Below, piece after piece: positions 51,333 through 63,320 of a stretch of 64,000 bases of DNA. The DNA comes from Octopus vulgaris (lineage: Eukaryota). The stretch lies in assembly GCA_951406725.2 (NCBI GenBank), contig OX597816.1, positions 47,120,001 through 47,184,000 of the forward strand, given 5' to 3'. The stretch's first letter is position 1, and every line of letters begins with the position of its first letter. A program made the position numbers and the translations under genes. A model generated the notes under the pieces. It was given only the letters and a program-made list of their open reading frames with translations, was not told where the DNA came from and ran no database searches.

Positions 51333-52470
51333 GTGGGTAACTTTTCACTAATTTTAATTATATATAAAAAAAAAGGTAAAAAAAAAAATGAAGTGTGTGC
51401 GGTTAAGATGCTGCACTACAAACTGTTGCATTGTCCCCCAGAACAGGGTACATAACTCTGCTCACCCTTTCTAGTTTTTCCTGATTCAACAAAAACGGGT
51501 TCTGCTCCTGTTTCATGTACGAGCGATTAGTTGTAGGAAGGACATCCAGCTGTAAAAATTATTGCTCCAGCAACAAAAGAAAAATACTCATTCTGCTTAT
51601 GCATGCATGGCAAAATTGACTTAATTCCCATATACACAAACATATATTATAGTGAAAGTTAGTGGGATGCCTCCATTGAGATATTTTGAGAATTATTGAA
51701 GTGTGGTGGTTTCATGCTTCTGTAGACTTCATGTAAAGTTAAGTATTTAGTCTGAAGAACATAACCCAGTGCCTACATAGACGGTTGAACTAATATCTGA
51801 TAAAAGACTTTTGTGCTCTCTACTTCTCTCTCTCAAACACATGCAATGACTTCTACTTTTTTGGTAAAAACTTCTGCAACACAAATGTATGTTGTTGGGA
51901 ATATGTATTTTGGGTTTACCGCTTATTCAAGAGAGCGCATCAGTACAACTAGCTTAATTCTTTTGCCTGCAAAAACACATGCTCTCAAATTAGGATTTAA
52001 ACACTTCATCTACTTGTTGATTTCACATCACAGCAATTCTACCAATATATTGCTTTAAAAAAGATTTAGGCATTGTTGCATGTTGGCTGGAAAAGTATTA
52101 TGAGTTATTGGTAGGTTTTCATTAGATATCATAGATGATATGATATTAGATCAAATATCAGGAAAACGTGTTGTAAATCTATTGAAATTTTGTTAATATG
52201 TGAACAAAAAAATTTGAAGTGATATTCATAATTTTCATTGCTGTTCTATTTTTAACTTGCATTAATGTTTTTGTTTTTACTTCAGGAAAAATTATACACA
52301 CAATGATAATTAGATAAGAATCTGCTACAGGCTGTCTAAATGCTGTGCATAAAAAAAAGTTTAGCTTTATGCTATTTAGCTTGATTTTTGAATAAAATTT
52401 TATGATTACTGCATAATTTTATGATTGGTTGATTTGCAATAAATTTCTTCCTTTTTACTGTTAAACTTAG

Positions 52471-52584
52471 ATCATCTCTATCTAGATCAAGGTCTCGTAG
52501 TATTCCTGCGTCGGCTAAAAGACCAGTTCCACAAAAGTTACCTCCGTCTTCAAACACTGAAAAGAAATTGCTTCCCAAAGCCAG
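52471..52584 (+). CDS. ZC3H18: ZC3H18 coding exon 12
   Basis: SSLSRSRSRSIPASAKRP..., AG/GT, phase 2/2. Confidence 0.85.
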
Positions 52585-52761
52585 GTAATAATAGATTCTT
52601 GATTGTTGGAGGCAGTGAGGAAAATTTACCTCTTTATGTTGATAATGTTTGTTATTGAATATATTTGAATATCAATTTCTTAAAATTTATCATCGTATTA
52701 AGTTTGAATGTTTGTGGAAACTTTTTGAAACTTATTGCTATATATATTTATAAATTTGCAG

Positions 52762-52914
52762 TGAAGCACCAAAGAGTGCTGTGACTGTTAGATCTAAAAT
52801 GCATGTAAGTCCAGAAAAACGAAAAATCCCTGGATCTCAGCCTACTGGGGGATTGCCTTCAAAACAACCCCCTCTTCTAGATAGGGGTCGAAGAAAGGAA
52901 CGTGTGTCTCCACG
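52762..52914 (+). CDS. ZC3H18: ZC3H18 coding exon 13
   Basis: EAPKSAV...GRRKERVSPR (cf. 'RRKERPARTPPR'). Confidence 0.85.
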
Positions 52915-53154
52915 GTAACTACTTTTTAAAAAAAATTTTTTAAAGCAAAATACACATTTTTAATTTCATATTTTTGTGAGAATTTTGATTCTGGAACTAT
53001 TCTTGATTATTTATTCCAATCAGAGTAGATAAACTACTTTATTATTTTTTTATAATATAATTACTTGGACTTCATCACAAAATAGGACCCAAAGAATTTG
53101 TAATATATTTTATTTTATCTTGCTTGTTAACTATTTTTGATTATTATCTTCTAG

Positions 53155-53423
53155 ACTCACCCGGAGCTGGAGTGGCAGTTCAAGTGGCAGTAGTTTATCA
53201 CATTCACTGTCCAGATCTCACTCTTTATCCCGTTCAAGATCCCGTTCACAAAGTCGGTCTTCATCATCATCCTTTTCACGGTCTCGCAGTGCTAGTAGCA
53301 TTTCATCTCTTAGCAGTACAGGTTCATCAAGTTCTAGTGGAAGTGCTGATTCAGAGCATCTTTACCGTGATATTGCCAGTCCAGCAAGTTCCCGTGGCAA
53401 ATCACCTTCACACAGACTTAAAG
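53155..53423 (+). CDS. ZC3H18: ZC3H18 coding exon 14
   Basis: Ser-rich ...SADSEHLYRDIASPASS matches 'SVDSEDMYADLASPVSS'. Confidence 0.93.
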
Positions 53424-53457
53424 GTAAGCAATGTAACTATTGAAAGAAACGTATTCT

Positions 53458-53683
53458 TATTTCTTTATTGCCCACAAGGGACTAAACATAGAGGGGACAA
53501 ACAAGGACAGACAAAGAGATTAAGTCGATTACATCGACCCCAGTACACAACTAGTACTTAATTTATCGACCCCGAAAGGATGAAAGGCAAAGTCGACCTT
53601 GGTGGAATTTGATTTCAACGTAATGGCAGACGAAATACCGTTAAGCATTTCATCTGGCGTGCTAACGTTTCTGCCAGCTCGCC
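53458..53683 (-). mobile_element. tRNA-derived SINE family B with 18-bp TSD
   Basis: TTGAAAGAAACGTATTCT duplicated at 53440-53457 and 53684-53701. Confidence 0.9.
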
Positions 53684-53811
53684 TTGAAAGAAACGTATTC
53701 TAGCTGGTTGGTAATCAATCAGAATAAGTTGCACTTATTCTTTAAGGTACCTACTTCTTGTTTACAAGCTATCTAATGTGCAACCATTCTGTTTGTTAAG
53801 AGGATCTAAAA

Positions 53812-54063
53812 CAGTAGTTCTCAACTGGGGTCTCTATGACCCTTGGGAATCCATGTAAGATTTTGATATTAAAATATATGTACAATAAATTGGTTATACT
53901 TCTGCAACATAAAAGCCATCTTAACATTTCTATATACAATTTCTAATAATATTTAATTATAAAAATACAATAGGATTTTTTAAACATTGAATGTCTATGA
54001 GAGTTCATCCAAGTATAATAGGAATCAAGAGGACCCAAGGTAAAAAATGGTTGATGGCCACAG
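53812..54063. mobile_element. hAT-type MITE
   Basis: CAGTAGTTCTCAAC / GTTGATGGCCACAG ends, near-perfect 8-bp TSD ATCTAAAA/ATCTAAAC. Confidence 0.65.
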
Positions 54064-54261
54064 ATCTAAACTAATTTAATCATGTGGCTTGCAATCAAGT
54101 AATTTCATTAGTGTTTCATATAGAAAATTATAAGTTTACTTACCACATTGATAATATTATTCATATGTGTGGCACCTTGGGCAAGTGTCTTCTACTATAG
54201 CCTTGGGCCTGCAAAAGCCTTGTGAGTGGATTTGGTAGATGGAAACTGAAAGAAGCCCGTC

Positions 54262-54301
<40 letters not shown>

Positions 54302-54311
<10 letters not shown>

Positions 54312-55589
54312 AAAAAATGAAGTTTGAAAATGCTGTTATATTAGACAAATTTTAATTTTTATATATACATTATTTATTTAACATGTTTCGGTTCTTGAAA
54401 TGACGAACCTTATCAAAAAAAATTATATATAAAAAAGATAGTTCATGCTATCAAATATAAAAAATTCATATATAATATTCATTAGAGTCAGACATAAAAA
54501 ATTCATATATTATAGTAAAGCGAGTCCATGCTATATGTTTAAAGAGTATGATGTAGTAGTTCATAGTGGTGATATGCATTCAATATAAAAAATTCATGTT
54601 CTTGAAAAAGCAAGGAATTCATTTTAGATTTTACCTTGTGTTCCAATGGGAGCAACTGTAATGACTTTTGGTTGGTGTCTGTTCGTATAGTTTTGGTGAA
54701 TCTTGTGAATTGTTTGGGTTTTATATCAGTTCAGCTTAGCTGTCTCACTTGCATTTTTCACTGACGTCATATAGTTCCCAACCAGTCAAAACTCAGTCTC
54801 AACGAATATATCCTGTTAGGAAACCAACCAAGCATAAATCTAAGTCCTTCTATTATAAGGTCTTTGTTTATGCTGGACTAGCCACCTAACGAGATGATTG
54901 GTCAAAACATTGATGATGTCTCGTTCCGCTGGACTAGCCACCTAACAGGATACAGTCATGGGTCAGATCTAATTTCAATCCGTCAAAAACAAGGATGACA
55001 TATTTCTTCCGTGGCCAAACTTTCATTCTGCTTGGTTGGTTTCCTAACAGGATATATTCGTTGAGACTGAGTTTTGATTGGTTGGGAACTATATGACGTC
55101 AGTGAAAAATGCAAGTGAGACAGCTAAGCTGAACTGATATAAAACCCAAACAATTCACAAGATTCACCAAAACTATACGAACAGACACCAACCAAAAGTC
55201 ATTACAGTTGCTCCCATTGGAACACAAGGTAAAATCTAAAATGAATTCCTCGCTTTTTCAAGAACATGAATTTTTTATATTGAATGCATATCACCACTAT
55301 GAACTACTACATCATACTCTTTAAACATATAGCATGGACTCGCTTTACTATATATGAATTTATTATGTCTGACTCTAATGAATATTATATATGAATTTTT
55401 TATATTTGATAGCATGAACTATCTTTTTTATATATAATTTTTTTTGATAAGGTTCGTCATTTCAAGAACCGAAACATGTTAAATAAATAATGTATATATA
55501 AAAATTAAAATTTGTCTAATATAGCAGCATTTTCAAACTTCATTTTTTACAAATATATACCCACTCGTATACGAGCTAATCTTATTATA
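54302..55589. mobile_element. Foldback element (about 530-bp inverted arms, 194-bp spacer, about 30-bp tail) inserted in the (TA)n of a family A SINE
   Basis: 54302-54834 is a near-perfect reverse complement of 55029-55559. SINE halves lie at 54165-54262 and about 55640-55840. Confidence 0.9.
55441..55483 (+). ncRNA. Degenerate hammerhead-like motif (mirror copy at 54378-54420, minus strand)
   Basis: TTT-TTGATAA-GGTTC gtcatttcaa GAACC-GAAAC-AT-GTT-AAA. The core deviates from CUGAUGA at two positions. Confidence 0.45.
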
Positions 55590-56027
55590 AATATATATAT
55601 ATATATATATATGTATATGTGTGTGTGTGTGTGTGTGTGTATGTATATGTTTGTGTGTCTGAGTTTGTCTCCCCAATATCGCTTGACAACCGATGTTGGT
55701 GTGTTTACGTCTCTGTAACTTAGTGGTTCCGCAAAAGAGACCGATAGAATAAGTACTATGCTTACAAAGAATAACTCCTGTGGTCGATTTGCTCGGCTTA
55801 AGGTAGTGCTTCAGTATGGCCACTGGAACATGTAAAGAGTATGCCTGTTGTATGTTTTAAAATAAATCTTTTGAATTCCAAGCTGTGTTCTAACTCTGTT
55901 GATTTTTAATCCTTTAAAAAAAAAATTGGTAGCAAGTAATTTTTTTCATTTTTTTTTAAACAAGGATAATATGTTATCTCTTCAGTGATTGAACTAATTA
56001 TTTTACTTTCATTGTTATTATTCTCAG

Positions 56028-56410
56028 AGAAAGAAAGAAGCCGTCAAAAAATAGTACGAAGTAGTAAGCCATCAAATAGTCAAATCTCATCAAAACCACA
56101 TACTGGCCAGCCTGTGCCGTCAAAAACTCAAAAGCCAGAAAGTAGGCAAGGTGGGCAACAACAACAACAACAACAACAGCAACAACAACAACAACAGCAG
56201 CAGCAGCAGCAACAGCAACAACAACAGCAACAACCTCATCACCACCACCACCATCATCACCATCATCATGCTGCAGCAGATTCATCTGCTACCACAAGAA
56301 CCACAAGTACAGGGCCACCTAGTAGTACTTCAGTTTTACCCAGCAAAACTAAAGATCCCTTAAAAATTGTTGGACAGAAATCTAACATCAAACTAACTCT
56401 CATCAGCAAG
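56028..56410 (+). CDS. ZC3H18: ZC3H18 coding exon 15 (polyQ/polyH)
   Basis: Ends KSNIKLTLISK (cf. 'KEIKLTLLNK'). Contains Q26-P-H11. Confidence 0.92.
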
Positions 56411-56829
56411 GTAATCTCCTCTCTTATTTTCCCTCTGTGTAGTTAAGAAGTTCATTTTTTCAAACATGTGTTGGGTTCAGTCCCTCGACTTTGATTGTAG
56501 TTCTGACCATACCAAATCCTTGTGAATGAATTTGGTAGATGAAAAAAAAAAGAAGATTGTCGTGTGTGTGTGTGCATGAATGTCTTTAACTTTGCACTGC
56601 TCTGAAAATTGCTTTGTTACAAGCAGTTATGTAATTTTATTTATTATCAAATCATTTATTGGCCTTGTGCTTTTGAAGATGGATTGAGTAAGGGATCCCT
56701 TACTTGTAAAGCAAGGTTAGTGATGGGAAGGGCATCCACCTGTAAAACAATGCCGCTTTGATATATTCATCTAACTTATACTAGCATGGAAAAGCTAGTG
56801 AAAACTGAACAAATATAGGTGCTAGTATA

Positions 56830-57540
56830 GTATGTGTTCTATCACGTTGTCAAACGTAGCCAGGGTTATCTACCTTAAATGTTCGGTTTGTTAAGGAAAC
56901 CAATTTTACCATTATATGGATATTAACAACAAATTAAACTTGTAAGCTGAGCCTGAGTGAGATTTTAGAACTAATTTTTGTTTTGTCATGGATATACCCA
57001 TGACCACAGTAGTGACTCTAACAGGAAAATCTAAAAATACAATAATTGACTGGTATAATATGTGCCGCGAAGTGTGTAGAGCCATAGTTTATTATGTATG
57101 AAGCGGGAAGATGGTTGGAACAAATGATAACTCCATTCAGATCGACGAAGAAAGATTTGCTGGTCAACGAAAATGCAAGTGAGGAAAAAATGCTGAATGG
57201 CAACAACTCTCCTCTCTCTGAAGTCAGTGATGCGGAACAACGGAGCCATGGACATAGAATTGATCGGCCTTGTGTTTTTGGTCTCAAACAAGGCTCAGAC
57301 TGTCGATACTTTTGTTTGGAATGGCGTGACAGGAACAGTCTGATCCCAATTATTGAAAGAATATGAAAAAGGTTCACTAATTCATTCAGATGAGTGGCCT
57401 GCTTATAATAATTTAAATGCCATAGGTTGTTACCATCTAACAGTGAACCATCAACAACATGATGTGGATCCAGTGACCAGAGCACACACTCAAGCCATTG
57501 AATGATCATGGTAAGATGCTAAAAACTATGATTCTGGGGG
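56830..57540 (+). mobile_element. Merlin (ISXO2/IS1595-like DDE) transposase relic
   Basis: IIDWYNMCREVC, IQIDEERF, CVFG, RDRNSLIPIIE and GSLIHSDEWPAYNNL...HLTVNH...VDPVTRAHTQAIE*SW, with frameshifts. Confidence 0.85.
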
Positions 57541-58177
57541 AAAACAAAAATGATCTCTGAAATACTGAAAGTTTTTTTTTTATCTCTGAAACATCTGAAA
57601 GATGAGTTATATAACCTTGTTTGACATCGTGGTAGATTGCCTACTGTACTAGCACCCAAATATATATGTATATTTCAGCATTGGTGCAGTATGGCCAAGC
57701 GATTAACAAATTTTCCTTGCAACCACAAAGTCCCAGGTTTGATCCTGCTGTGTGGCATCTAAAGCATGTATCATTTTCTATAGTTTTGGGTCAACCGATA
57801 ACTTATTTAGTGAAAATTGTTAGATGGAAATTATCTAGATGTCTGCTGGATGGATTGTATCTGCAATTCAAAGGTACATCCTTATTACTCTCTGTGTCAC
57901 ACTGATTTAACTTGGGAGTTACAGTAAAAGTATAGCTGCCTGTGGAATACTCTGTCACTTATGCATTAAATCAAGTGTAGGTAATTCAGTTTCTCAAAAT
58001 ACTAAATCCTCATCATTGAAAGACAGAGAAACCATCCTTGCATCCATATGTCAGCTCTTAACTTCTATAGCATGTTGATTTTAAAAATGTTCTTGGTCAC
58101 TTTTGGAAGTAAACATTATGGAACTTGGAAAATTTCTTGTAAATGTTGCACTTTAAATTCTCTTTTATTTACCATAG

Positions 58178-58286
58178 CCTTCTGAGAAGGAATCAACTGC
58201 CCAGAGTAGAAAAAGATCTGCAGATACTAGTGTGGCATCTTCCGCCAAAAGACAGGCACTAACTGCTTTATCCTCTAAGCCACCAG
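58178..58286 (+). CDS. ZC3H18: ZC3H18 coding exon 16
   Basis: PSEKESTAQSRKRSAD...AKRQ, AG/GT, phase 0/1. Confidence 0.87.
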
Positions 58287-59139
58287 GTAACTTTATTTTC
58301 TCTCCGAATCATTCCTAATCTGAAATGTAAATTATTTGTATATTTTGTATATAAATGGAGGAATATATATTTGATTATACACTTGCATGTATTGCAAGAT
58401 GAAAACATTCACTAACAATTATTAGAAGTTATATTAGATAAGCTGTATGTATTGAATTGAGACTGCAAAACTTCACTGGGATTAACTTATTCTTTTATTT
58501 TTGAAGCATCAAGAATAACTGTTTTATTGAAACTAAGTCATCTCCATAATTGATTTTTCCTTTTTAATATAAAGCCTGTTTTAGGGTATGACAGTGTATG
58601 GCTCAGTGGTTAAAGCATCGAGCTCACAATCATAAGATAATGAGTTCAATTCCCAGACCAGGCTGTGTATTGTGTTCTCTAGAGGGGAGACTAGTATGCA
58701 TGGACAACTGCTTGTCTTCTGTAAACAACCTTACCCAGACTTGTGCCTCAGAGGGTAACTTTATAGGTGCAATCCCATGGTCATTCTTGATCAGAGGTGG
58801 GGTCTTAAGTTTCAGGATGTAAACACATGAATTTAGCTTCAGTTCCACTACATAGCACCTGGGTTAAGTGATTTCAACTGTGATCTGATACCAACCTATG
58901 TCTAGAAATACAATTTGGTAAAAAGAAACTGTAAGGAAGTTCATGAGTGTTTGTATGCACACATCACACACACACACTTACTTCGTCTTCTAGAAAATTA
59001 GCTGGATAGTCAAGTACCATTTCTTTGTAATGTGATAGTTCTGAAGCTTATATTTAAGCAATTTTATTCAATGATACCTTATTATTTTGCACATTTAAAT
59101 TTTAATCTTTTGAAAACCATGTTGTTCTTCTCTTTCTAG

Positions 59140-59537
59140 ATAAACCTACGAAAGCTCAACTAAATAGAACAGAGAAGTCAGATGCTGTTCTACCACGAAT
59201 TAAACCAGCCCCTATAATGCAACCTTCTACTATGCAGTCTAACTCGGTTCCCCCTGCTAAAACAAGTGCAAAAGCTTTCTTACCTATGAAACCTGGACTC
59301 CCAAGAACTGGTGCCATATCCATTAGCAGCAGTGGAGCCTCATCTGTGAGCTCAGCTCCTGCTGTTGTTACTACTGCTGCTGCTGCTAGTGCTAGTGCTG
59401 CTGCCCCTGTTGCTGCTGTCACAGGTGCAGCTGCCACCAAAGCGAAAAAGAGTACATCGTCACGTCGAGAGGAGCTTCTGAAACAATTGAAAGCTGTTGA
59501 AGATGCAATTGCCAGAAAGCGAGCGAAAATGAATTGA
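59140..59537 (+). CDS. ZC3H18: ZC3H18 last coding exon
   Basis: Ends SRREELLKQLKAVEDAIARKRAKMN*, the diagnostic ZC3H18 C-terminus. Confidence 0.97.
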
Positions 59538-60489
59538 TGATATCCATTCCACTAGGTTATTACTTGTATAAATGTGTGAGTTAATAAAAGGGTGGTGATG
59601 GTGGTGAAGTGAAGTACTTTTTTTTTTTTAATAAAAAAAAAAAAAGTAGGAAACAAAAAATCTTAAACAACTGTCTTAAATATCCTTGCTCCTCTCACAT
59701 ACAGAATTTTCTTTTCTTTTATTGATTTCCAAGTTGGTGATAGTCGACAAAAAAATGTTAAAAAAAAAAAAAAAAAAAGAAACCTTTCCTTTCATGTTTC
59801 TCCAAGCTCATGATTTAGTTTTCACAATTATCGTGATCGTAATCGTCTTTTATTCACATCACATTTTCTCAACTTGATTTACTTTGTGATTTTTTTTTTT
59901 TTTTTTTTTTTGCAGATTGATACATGTGTGTAAGTGTGTGTCTGTCTGTCTTTCTGTCTATCTGAGTATTAATGTTGAGGAGGATGTAGGCTTGAGTAGA
60001 AAGCCAAAACACAGAAGAAAAAAAAAAAAAATCTCTTGTTAGGAGCACTTATTGAAATTGATTCACAAAAGACTGTTGACAGCTGACTTCTGTATTAGAA
60101 AATGTTTTGTTTTGATAAGTAATATAAGCAACCAGTCTCAAGTTGAAAGTTTATATATAACAAAATAATAGTACAGATTTTTACTTAAAGACTTTGATTT
60201 TGACTTTGAAAATAGTGAATCTTGATTGGTATTTTGTTTTTATGGTTAGCTGACAAATGCAACAGTACTCTCTTATTGTGTAGTTACTTTCGTAGGTGTA
60301 TTTTAAATGGGTACCATTTGTTTTATACATTAAGGTATCAAAATATCCATATTGATTTCTTTGGGGCAGATTGCAATTTTACTGGAAATATTTAAAATGC
60401 TCATATTAATTCTACAAATATAGCCCCCCCTCCCACCCATTTAAGAATATAAAAATTAGCATAAAACACTATATATGTAGACATTTATG

Positions 60490-60522
<33 letters not shown>

Positions 60523-62600
60523 ATTTATGTATATATATGTGTGTGTATATGTATTTATGTATATATATATATATGTGTGTGTATATGTATTTATGTATAT
60601 ATATACGTGTGTGTGTGTATATATTTATGTATGTATACACATATATGAATTGTTGTGATATTTTGTTTTATTTTATATGAGTCACTTCTGTTAATGCACT
60701 TTGTTGTTTGAATTATTAATCTAGGTTTTGAAATAACCTGTAAAGAATTTAATTCAATAAGTATTGTTTTGTTTCAAGACTTCATATTTAGCATTTTCAA
60801 TGTGATATGGGTTTTTTTTTTTTTTATAGACCATTGCTTCCCAAGAGAGATATAAATTTTATTTGATCAGTCTTTCTCTTTGATATGAGAAGCTGCTATC
60901 TTAAGTTTCATTTATTGTAAAAATATTTTTCATTTATATTTTTTTCAAGGTGGTGCTGATAGATAACACTTTGTATGCATGTCTGTAAAAAAGGACACAA
61001 TGTTATACAAAGTTATTAGGAAGAAACTAATGGGATTGATACTGATATTGTTTAATTACAAGTTTTTATTTTGGGAGAGACCGAGAAAACAAATCACAAT
61101 ATTTTACTAACAGTCGAACTTTAACACTGTTATTGAGTTTTTAAGATTCCTTTTCTCTTGACATTTTGCTAATTAATAAGTAGTTTCATGAGAGTTATGT
61201 ATCATTAAGCTACATTATATTTCAGTATGTCAGCTGATAAAACTGAACTGCTCTAAATGAAGATTAGCCGTTCTGATGACTTGGTGAAATCCTGAAGTTT
61301 TTTTTCTCGGTTATTCTGTCTGAATTCTATCACCTTAACTTAGATAATAGTTCTCAAATGCATTATTTTACTAATCTCAATCTCAGAGTTTTCTATTTAC
61401 TCCAATTTTGCTTCAAGTCATATTAGTTTATATTGGTTTAAAAAAACGACCCAAAATTCACTATTTTGATCTTTTAAATTAATTCCATTTATTTTTCTTT
61501 GATTTATCTGCTGCAAGTTTTCACTACTGTTTTATATTCATCAAGTCTTAAATGATTTAAGTTCACTTTTGTTAACATGGTACAACATTATATTTCCATT
61601 AAATCCATATTTGTTTATTCATTTCCATGATAAAATAAATTATGTTAGAATTGCATTTCATTTTTGCAGAAATGAAGTTTCGTGGTGACTAAATAAATAT
61701 AGTTGTGCCAAAAATCTAACGATTCAGACCAAAGAGTTTCTAAAACTTAAAATTGCAACAGGAATGTTAATTAACCTTCGTTATTTTGGCAAAATTAGTT
61801 TAGTTACTCTGTGTCTAGTTTTATATGGTAGCTGTTCAAAGAATCCATGTAATATTGTCATTTAATTTTTTCTCACTGCACTTTCAATGGTTCTGTTATA
61901 ATTTCATAATTTGAAATAATTCTTTTCCAATAACAAAGGTGTTTCAGTTACTTAAACCTTCCCCACCTAATTTTTCCTTTTTTTTTCTTTATATACAATT
62001 AAGTTATTTATTGTGTGTTCTCCTTTTACACTTGGTCTTCTCTCCCTCAACATAAAAAGAAATATACTATGATCAAACTGTTCTAAGATTTTCAGTTGCC
62101 ATCACAGGAAATCTGTTAAACACTTAGAATAATGTGATCACTTATGCGTTTTATATATATACATGTATATATACATACATACGTATATATAAATGTTTGC
62201 TCACATGGCAACGCTTTTAAGCTGTCATACATTCTTCCACTTTGTTCCAGTACTGACCAGTGAATCGGTACTTTAGATATTGGTATTACTGTTGCTATGT
62301 ACTGTAAATATATACATATATTTTTTTTTTTTTATTTTGCTAAAAGATTAAAACGACTGTTTAGGTCATTTTTATCTGAATCAGGGAATGATGATTGAAA
62401 AGAAAAGAAAAAAAGACAAACAAACAAAAAACATGGAAATAGAGGGGAAACCTAAATTTGTAAATAATTTTCATTCTGTAGTGAAAGTTTAATATATGTT
62501 TCCTTTGTCAGGAAAAGATAATAATCTCATTACTATTTGGACTGCAAAGTGTAAATACCTGTTTTAATACAATAAAAATGTAATATAAAAAAAAATAGTT
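59538..62600 (+). other. ZC3H18: Probable long 3' UTR of ZC3H18
   Basis: About 3 kb free of recognisable TEs, in contrast to the introns. AATAAA at about 59583, 59630 and 62571, the last followed by a T/GT-rich tract. Confidence 0.5.
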
Positions 62601-62714
62601 TCTTTGTCGGTTTTATTATGATTCTTCTGTATTCTCTCTAATTTTTGCCTCTTCAGCAAATATTTACTCATTCCATTTGTGGACACTGCATGACTGAATG
62701 ATTTATCGTTTTCT

Positions 62715-63320
62715 TTTATCTTTCTCTTGTTTCAGTCATTTGACTGTGACCATGCTGGGGCACTGCCTTGAAAGGTTGTAGTCGAACAAATTGACCACAG
62801 GACGTATTTTTTTAAACCTAGAATTTATTCTATCTGCCTCTTTTGTTGAACTACTAAATTATGGGGATGTAAATGCACTAACACTGGTTGTCAATTGGTA
62901 AGGGGACAGTCACAAAGACACAGATATATATATATATGTGTGTGTGTGTGTGAGTGGATTTGGTGGACAGAAACTGAAAGAAGCCTGTCATATATCATCA
63001 TCATCATCATCATCATTTAGCGTCCGTTTTCCATGCTAGCATGGGTTGGACGGTTCAACTGGGGTCTGTGAAGCCGGATGTGTGTTTGTGTGTACACTTA
63101 TTGTTACATCAAATGATAGCTGTAACCGAGCATTGCTGTCACACAAGCGATGGTGTTTGTTTCCTATCTTTTGTGGATAACATGTCTGGCCTTGAGAAAT
63201 ATTACCTTATGAGGGTTGGTGACAGGAAGGGCATCTGGATGTAGTAAGCATTTCTCAATAAATTCCATCTGACCCATGCAAACGTTGGAAAAGTGGGTGT
63301 TAAATGATGACGATGACTAC
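62715..63320. mobile_element. SINE family A and RTE-tail fragments
   Basis: Homology to the copies above. Confidence 0.7.

Noticed and set aside
56830-57540. Bacterial IS contamination or recent horizontal transfer
   Set aside because: Decayed, AT-rich and embedded in a spliceosomal intron; eukaryotic Merlin explains the IS1595-like motifs.
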